DNA of 64,000 nucleotides from Escherichia coli (GTDB lineage Bacteria; Pseudomonadota; Gammaproteobacteria; Enterobacterales; Enterobacteriaceae): NCBI RefSeq assembly GCF_024223415.1, contig NZ_CP100500.1; one strand, 5' to 3'. Shown piece by piece: positions 60,541 to 64,000 of this stretch (position 1 is its first letter; each line of letters starts with the position of its first letter). The notes under the pieces were generated by a model. It saw only the letters and a program-made list of their open reading frames with translations, ran no database searches and was not told where the DNA came from. The position numbers and the translations under genes were made by a program.

Positions 60541-60894
60541 GACGGTTCTCCTCGCTCTCATTGTCATAGTGCGGCAGGCGATTCTCTTCACGCTCCTGTG
60601 AGACAGCAGTTTGTAGGGTAAATGCCCAGTACCGCAACGGGCAGAATAGCAGGATTTTGACGATGTGTTAATCTGTTTACAAAAAAGCAACATAAAAAAG
60701 TGGCTGAATCGTTAAGGATGGTCTAGAGATTGTTTCCCTCCGTAAAAACTTCGTTAATTCGCATAGTGATAATCACCTTTCTCAACGAATCCCAAGATTA
60801 GTCAAAATTTAAACTACCGCCTCTTTATACTCAGATTTACAGCACCTGCGGGTGGCAGTTCGCCGACCATTGCGATTTCCTTGAGATCCGAATT

Positions 60895-62742
60895 ATGAAA
60901 ATGACTTTGCCGTTTAAACCCCATGTGCTGGCACTAATTTGCAGTGCCGGGCTTTGTGCCGCCTCTGCCGGGCTCTATATAAAAAGCCGCACAGTGGAAG
61001 CGCCCGTGGAACCGCAATCGACACAACTGGCTGTGTCTGACGCTGCCGCGGTTACGCTTCCTGCAACGGTTTCCGCACCTCCCGTAACACCCGCCGTCGT
61101 CAAATCCGCATTCAGCACTGCACAAATAGATCAATGGGTCGCGCCCGTCGCGCTGTATCCCGACGCCCTACTTTCGCAGGTGCTGATGGCATCAACCTAT
61201 CCGACAAACGTTGCTCAAGCAGTGCAATGGTCGCACGATAATCCACTTAAACAAGGCGATGCTGCTATTCAGGCGGTATCTGACCAGCCGTGGGACGCTA
61301 GCGTCAAATCACTGGTGGCCTTTCCACAATTGATGGCGTTGATGGGCGAAAACCCGCAATGGGTGCAAAACCTGGGCGATGCTTTTCTGGCGCAGCCGCA
61401 GGACGTGATGGACTCGGTACAACGATTGCGGCAACTGGCGCAACAAACCGGCTCGCTGAAGTCATCAACCGAACAGAAAGTTATTACCACAACGAAGAAA
61501 ACTGTACCGGTAACACAGACAGTCACGGCTCCCGTCATACCATCCAATACCGTTTCAACTGCCAACCCCGTCATTACAGAGCCTGCAACAACCGTCATTT
61601 CCATTGAGCCCGCCAATCCTGATGTGGTCTATATTCCCAACTACAACCCAACCGTGGTTTACGGGAACTGGGCCAATACTGCGTATCCGCCGGTTTATCT
61701 GCCACCACCAGCCGGAGAACCGTTTGTTGACAGCTTTGTGCGCGGATTCGGCTATAGCATGGGCGTTGCTACCACGTACGCACTATTCAGCAGCATCGAC
61801 TGGGATGACGACGATCATGACCATCATCATGACGATGATTATCATAACCACGATGGCGGTCATCGTGACGGTAATGGCTGGCAACACAACGGCGACAACA
61901 TCAATATCGACGTCAACAATTTCAACCGTATCACCGGTGAGCATCTTACTGATAAGAATATGGCATGGCGGCACAATCCAAACTACCGTAATGGTGTGCC
62001 CTATCATGATCAGGATATGGCAAAGCGGTTTCATCAAACCGATGTCAACGGCGAAATGAGCGCCACGCAGTTACCTGCCCCAACGCGCGACAGCCAGCGC
62101 CAGGCGGCAGCAAGTCAGTTTCAGCAACGAACACACGCCGCACCAGTCATTACACGAGATACCCAACGTCAGGCAGCGGCACAGCGGTTTAATGAAGCTG
62201 AACACTATGGGAGCTATGACGACTTCCGCGACTTCAGCCGTCGTCAACCACTGACCCAGCAACAAAAGGACGCCGCTCGTCAGCGTTATCAGTCGGCCTC
62301 TCCTGAGCAGCGTCAGGCAGTCCGCGAGAAAATGCAGACTAACCCGCAGAACCAGCAGAGAAGAGAGGCGGCGCGCCAGCGTATTCAGTCAGCCTCGCCT
62401 GAGCAGCGCCAGGCAGTCCGCGAGAAAATGCAGACTAACCCACAGATCCAGCAGCGAAGAGACGCAGCGCGTGAGCGTATTCAGTCAGCCTCGCCTGAGC
62501 AGCGCCAGGTGTTTAAGGAAAAAGTACAGCAGCGCCCACTGAACCAACAGCAACGTGATAACGCCCGCCAGCGTGTTCAATCAGCATCACCTGAACAACG
62601 TCAGGTTTTTCGGGAGAAAGTTCAGGAAAGCCGCCCACAACGTCCAAACGACAGTAACCATACTGCCAGGCTGAATAACGATCAACGGTCAGCAGTACGC
62701 GAACGTCTCTCTGAGCGCGGAGCAAGGCGACTGGAAAGGTAA
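60895..62742 (+). CDS. yacH: DUF3300-type secreted protein YacH with C-terminal repeat domain
   Basis: 615-aa ORF; signal peptide; Asp/His-rich tract DWDDDDHDHHHDDDYHNHDGGH; four C-terminal repeats of ARQR-QSASPEQRQ-REK-Q. Confidence 0.9.
   Translation: MKMTLPFKPHVLALICSAGLCAASAGLYIKSRTVEAPVEPQSTQLAVSDAAAVTLPATVSAPPVTPAVVKSAFSTAQIDQWVAPVALYPDALLSQVLMASTYPTNVAQAVQWSHDNPLKQGDAAIQAVSDQPWDASVKSLVAFPQLMALMGENPQWVQNLGDAFLAQPQDVMDSVQRLRQLAQQTGSLKSSTEQKVITTTKKTVPVTQTVTAPVIPSNTVSTANPVITEPATTVISIEPANPDVVYIPNYNPTVVYGNWANTAYPPVYLPPPAGEPFVDSFVRGFGYSMGVATTYALFSSIDWDDDDHDHHHDDDYHNHDGGHRDGNGWQHNGDNINIDVNNFNRITGEHLTDKNMAWRHNPNYRNGVPYHDQDMAKRFHQTDVNGEMSATQLPAPTRDSQRQAAASQFQQRTHAAPVITRDTQRQAAAQRFNEAEHYGSYDDFRDFSRRQPLTQQQKDAARQRYQSASPEQRQAVREKMQTNPQNQQRREAARQRIQSASPEQRQAVREKMQTNPQIQQRRDAARERIQSASPEQRQVFKEKVQQRPLNQQQRDNARQRVQSASPEQRQVFREKVQESRPQRPNDSNHTARLNNDQRSAVRERLSERGARRLER
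62269..62652 (+). repeat. intragenic tandem repeat array in yacH (four units of about 96 bp / 32 aa)
   Basis: Units begin near 62269, 62365, 62461, 62557; e.g. cgccagcgtattcagtcagcctcgcctgagcagcgccaggcagtccgcgagaaaatgcag repeated with substitutions. Confidence 0.8.
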
Positions 62743-62753
62743 ATTACAGACGT

Positions 62754-62786
62754 AAAAAAAGCGGCGTGGTTAGCCGCTTTTTTAAT
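62754..62786. terminator. bidirectional terminator between convergent yacH and lpdA
   Basis: aaaaaaagcggc-gtggtta-gccgctttttt hairpin with A-run and T-run on either side; second hairpin ttgccgga-tgt-tccggcaa at 62788..62806. Confidence 0.75.
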
Positions 62787-62812
62787 TGCCGGATGTTCCG
62801 GCAAACGAAAAA

Positions 62813-64000
62813 TTACTTCTTCTTCGCTTTCGGGTTCGGCAGGTCGGTAATGCTACCTTCGAACACTTCTGCCGCCAGGCCCACAGACTCGTGCAGAGTC
62901 GGGTGCGCGTGGATGGTCAGTGCGATGTCTTCAGCATCACAACCCATTTCGATTGCCAGGCCGATTTCACCCAGCAGCTCGCCGCCGTTAGTACCGACAA
63001 TCGCACCACCGATCACACGGTGAGATTCTTTGTCGAAAATCAGCTTGGTCATACCGTCTGCGCAGTCGGAAGCGATAGCACGACCAGAAGCAGCCCACGG
63101 GAAGGTGGCGGTTTCATAGCTGATGCCTTTCTCTTTCGCTTCTTTCTCAGTCAGACCTACCCATGCAACTTCTGGTTCGGTATAGGCGATGGACGGGATA
63201 ACTTTCGGATCGAAGTAGTGTTTCTTACCGGCGATAACTTCAGCGGCAACGTGACCTTCGTGAACACCTTTGTGTGCCAGCATCGGCTGACCGACGATAT
63301 CGCCGATAGCAAAGATGTGCGGTACGTTGGTACGCAGCTGTTTGTCAACGCGGATGAAACCACGGTCGTCAACTTCCACGCCAGCTTTGCCTGCGTCGAG
63401 GTTTTTACCGTTCGGCACACGACCAATCGCTACCAGCACGGCGTCGTAACGCTGCGGTTCAGCGGGTGCTTTTTTGCCTTCCATCGTCACATAAATACCG
63501 TCTTCTTTCGCTTCAACGGCGGTAACTTTGGTTTCCAGCATCAGGTTGAATTTCTTGCTGATACGCTTGGTGAAGACTTTAACGATGTCTTTGTCAGCTG
63601 CCGGGATAACCTGGTCGAACATTTCAACCACGTCAATCTGTGAACCCAGCGCGTGGTAAACGGTGCCCATTTCCAGACCGATGATACCGCCACCCATTAC
63701 CAGCAGGCGTTCTGGTACTTCTTTCAGTTCCAGCGCGTCAGTGGAGTCCCAGATACGCGGATCTTCATGCGGAATAAACGGCAGTTGAATCGGGCGAGAA
63801 CCCGCTGCAATGATCGCGTTGTCGAAGTTGATCACGGTTTTACCGTTCTCACCTTCAACTTCCAGGGTGTTAGCCCCGGTAAATTTACCCAGACCGTTGA
63901 CCACTTTGACTTTGCGGCCTTTCGCCATACCAGCCAGACCACCGGTCAGCTGATTGATCACTTTCTCTTTCCAGGTACGAATCTTGTCGATATCGGTTTT
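62813..64000 (-). CDS. lpdA: dihydrolipoyl dehydrogenase (E3), C-terminal part only (5' end beyond window end)
   Basis: ORF ...AAGSRPIQLPFIPHEDPRIWDSTDALELKEVPERLLVMGGGIIGLEMGTVYHALGS...HAHPTLHESVGLAAEVFEGSITDLPNPKAKKK; reading frame continues to the window edge. Confidence 0.95.
   Translation of the reverse strand, partial: KTDIDKIRTWKEKVINQLTGGLAGMAKGRKVKVVNGLGKFTGANTLEVEGENGKTVINFDNAIIAAGSRPIQLPFIPHEDPRIWDSTDALELKEVPERLLVMGGGIIGLEMGTVYHALGSQIDVVEMFDQVIPAADKDIVKVFTKRISKKFNLMLETKVTAVEAKEDGIYVTMEGKKAPAEPQRYDAVLVAIGRVPNGKNLDAGKAGVEVDDRGFIRVDKQLRTNVPHIFAIGDIVGQPMLAHKGVHEGHVAAEVIAGKKHYFDPKVIPSIAYTEPEVAWVGLTEKEAKEKGISYETATFPWAASGRAIASDCADGMTKLIFDKESHRVIGGAIVGTNGGELLGEIGLAIEMGCDAEDIALTIHAHPTLHESVGLAAEVFEGSITDLPNPKAKKK

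Noticed and set aside
62269-62652. Tandem ~96-bp repeats considered as a possible CRISPR-like or satellite array
   Set aside because: The repeats are in-frame coding sequence of yacH with no unique spacers and no cas genes nearby; they are a protein repeat domain.

Overview
The window is a contiguous, densely coding enterobacterial core-chromosome segment that reads as Escherichia coli, collinear with (and reverse-complemented relative to) the K-12 region running from lpdA to frr. There are no rRNA or tRNA genes, CRISPR arrays, IS elements or prophage genes. Gene order left to right: frr (partial), pyrH, tsf, rpsB, map, glnD, dapD, yaeH, cdaR, degP, dgt, mtn, btuF, yadS, erpA, clcA, hemL, fhuBDCA, mrcB, hrpB, thpR, sfsA, dksA, gluQ, pcnB, folK, a seven-gene yad-type chaperone-usher fimbrial operon, panBC, yadD/rpnC, panD, yadE, yadIHG, can, hpt, gcd, cueO, yacC, speED, yacL, acnB, yacH, lpdA (partial). 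Gene identities come from reading the supplied translations against protein families I recognise; no database search was run, and all comparisons to K-12 are from memory. Four loci depart from the K-12 layout as I recall it: (1) the 3' end of yadD/rpnC is present twice, leaving a free-standing 69-aa ORF with its own ribosome-binding site downstream of the gene, plus a strong internal SD-ATG inside yadD; (2) fhuA is a mosaic allele with K-12-like ends and a divergent, visibly AT-richer core; (3) the yad fimbrial operon is a divergent allele set behind a very AT-rich upstream region; (4) yaeI appears to be missing between dapD and yaeH. The rpnC module duplication is the most interesting candidate for something undescribed. 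Smaller observations: REP and palindromic intergenic repeats, a tandem-repeat array inside yacH, and non-canonical start codons (pcnB AUU, acnB/hrpB/fhuB GTG, speD TTG).
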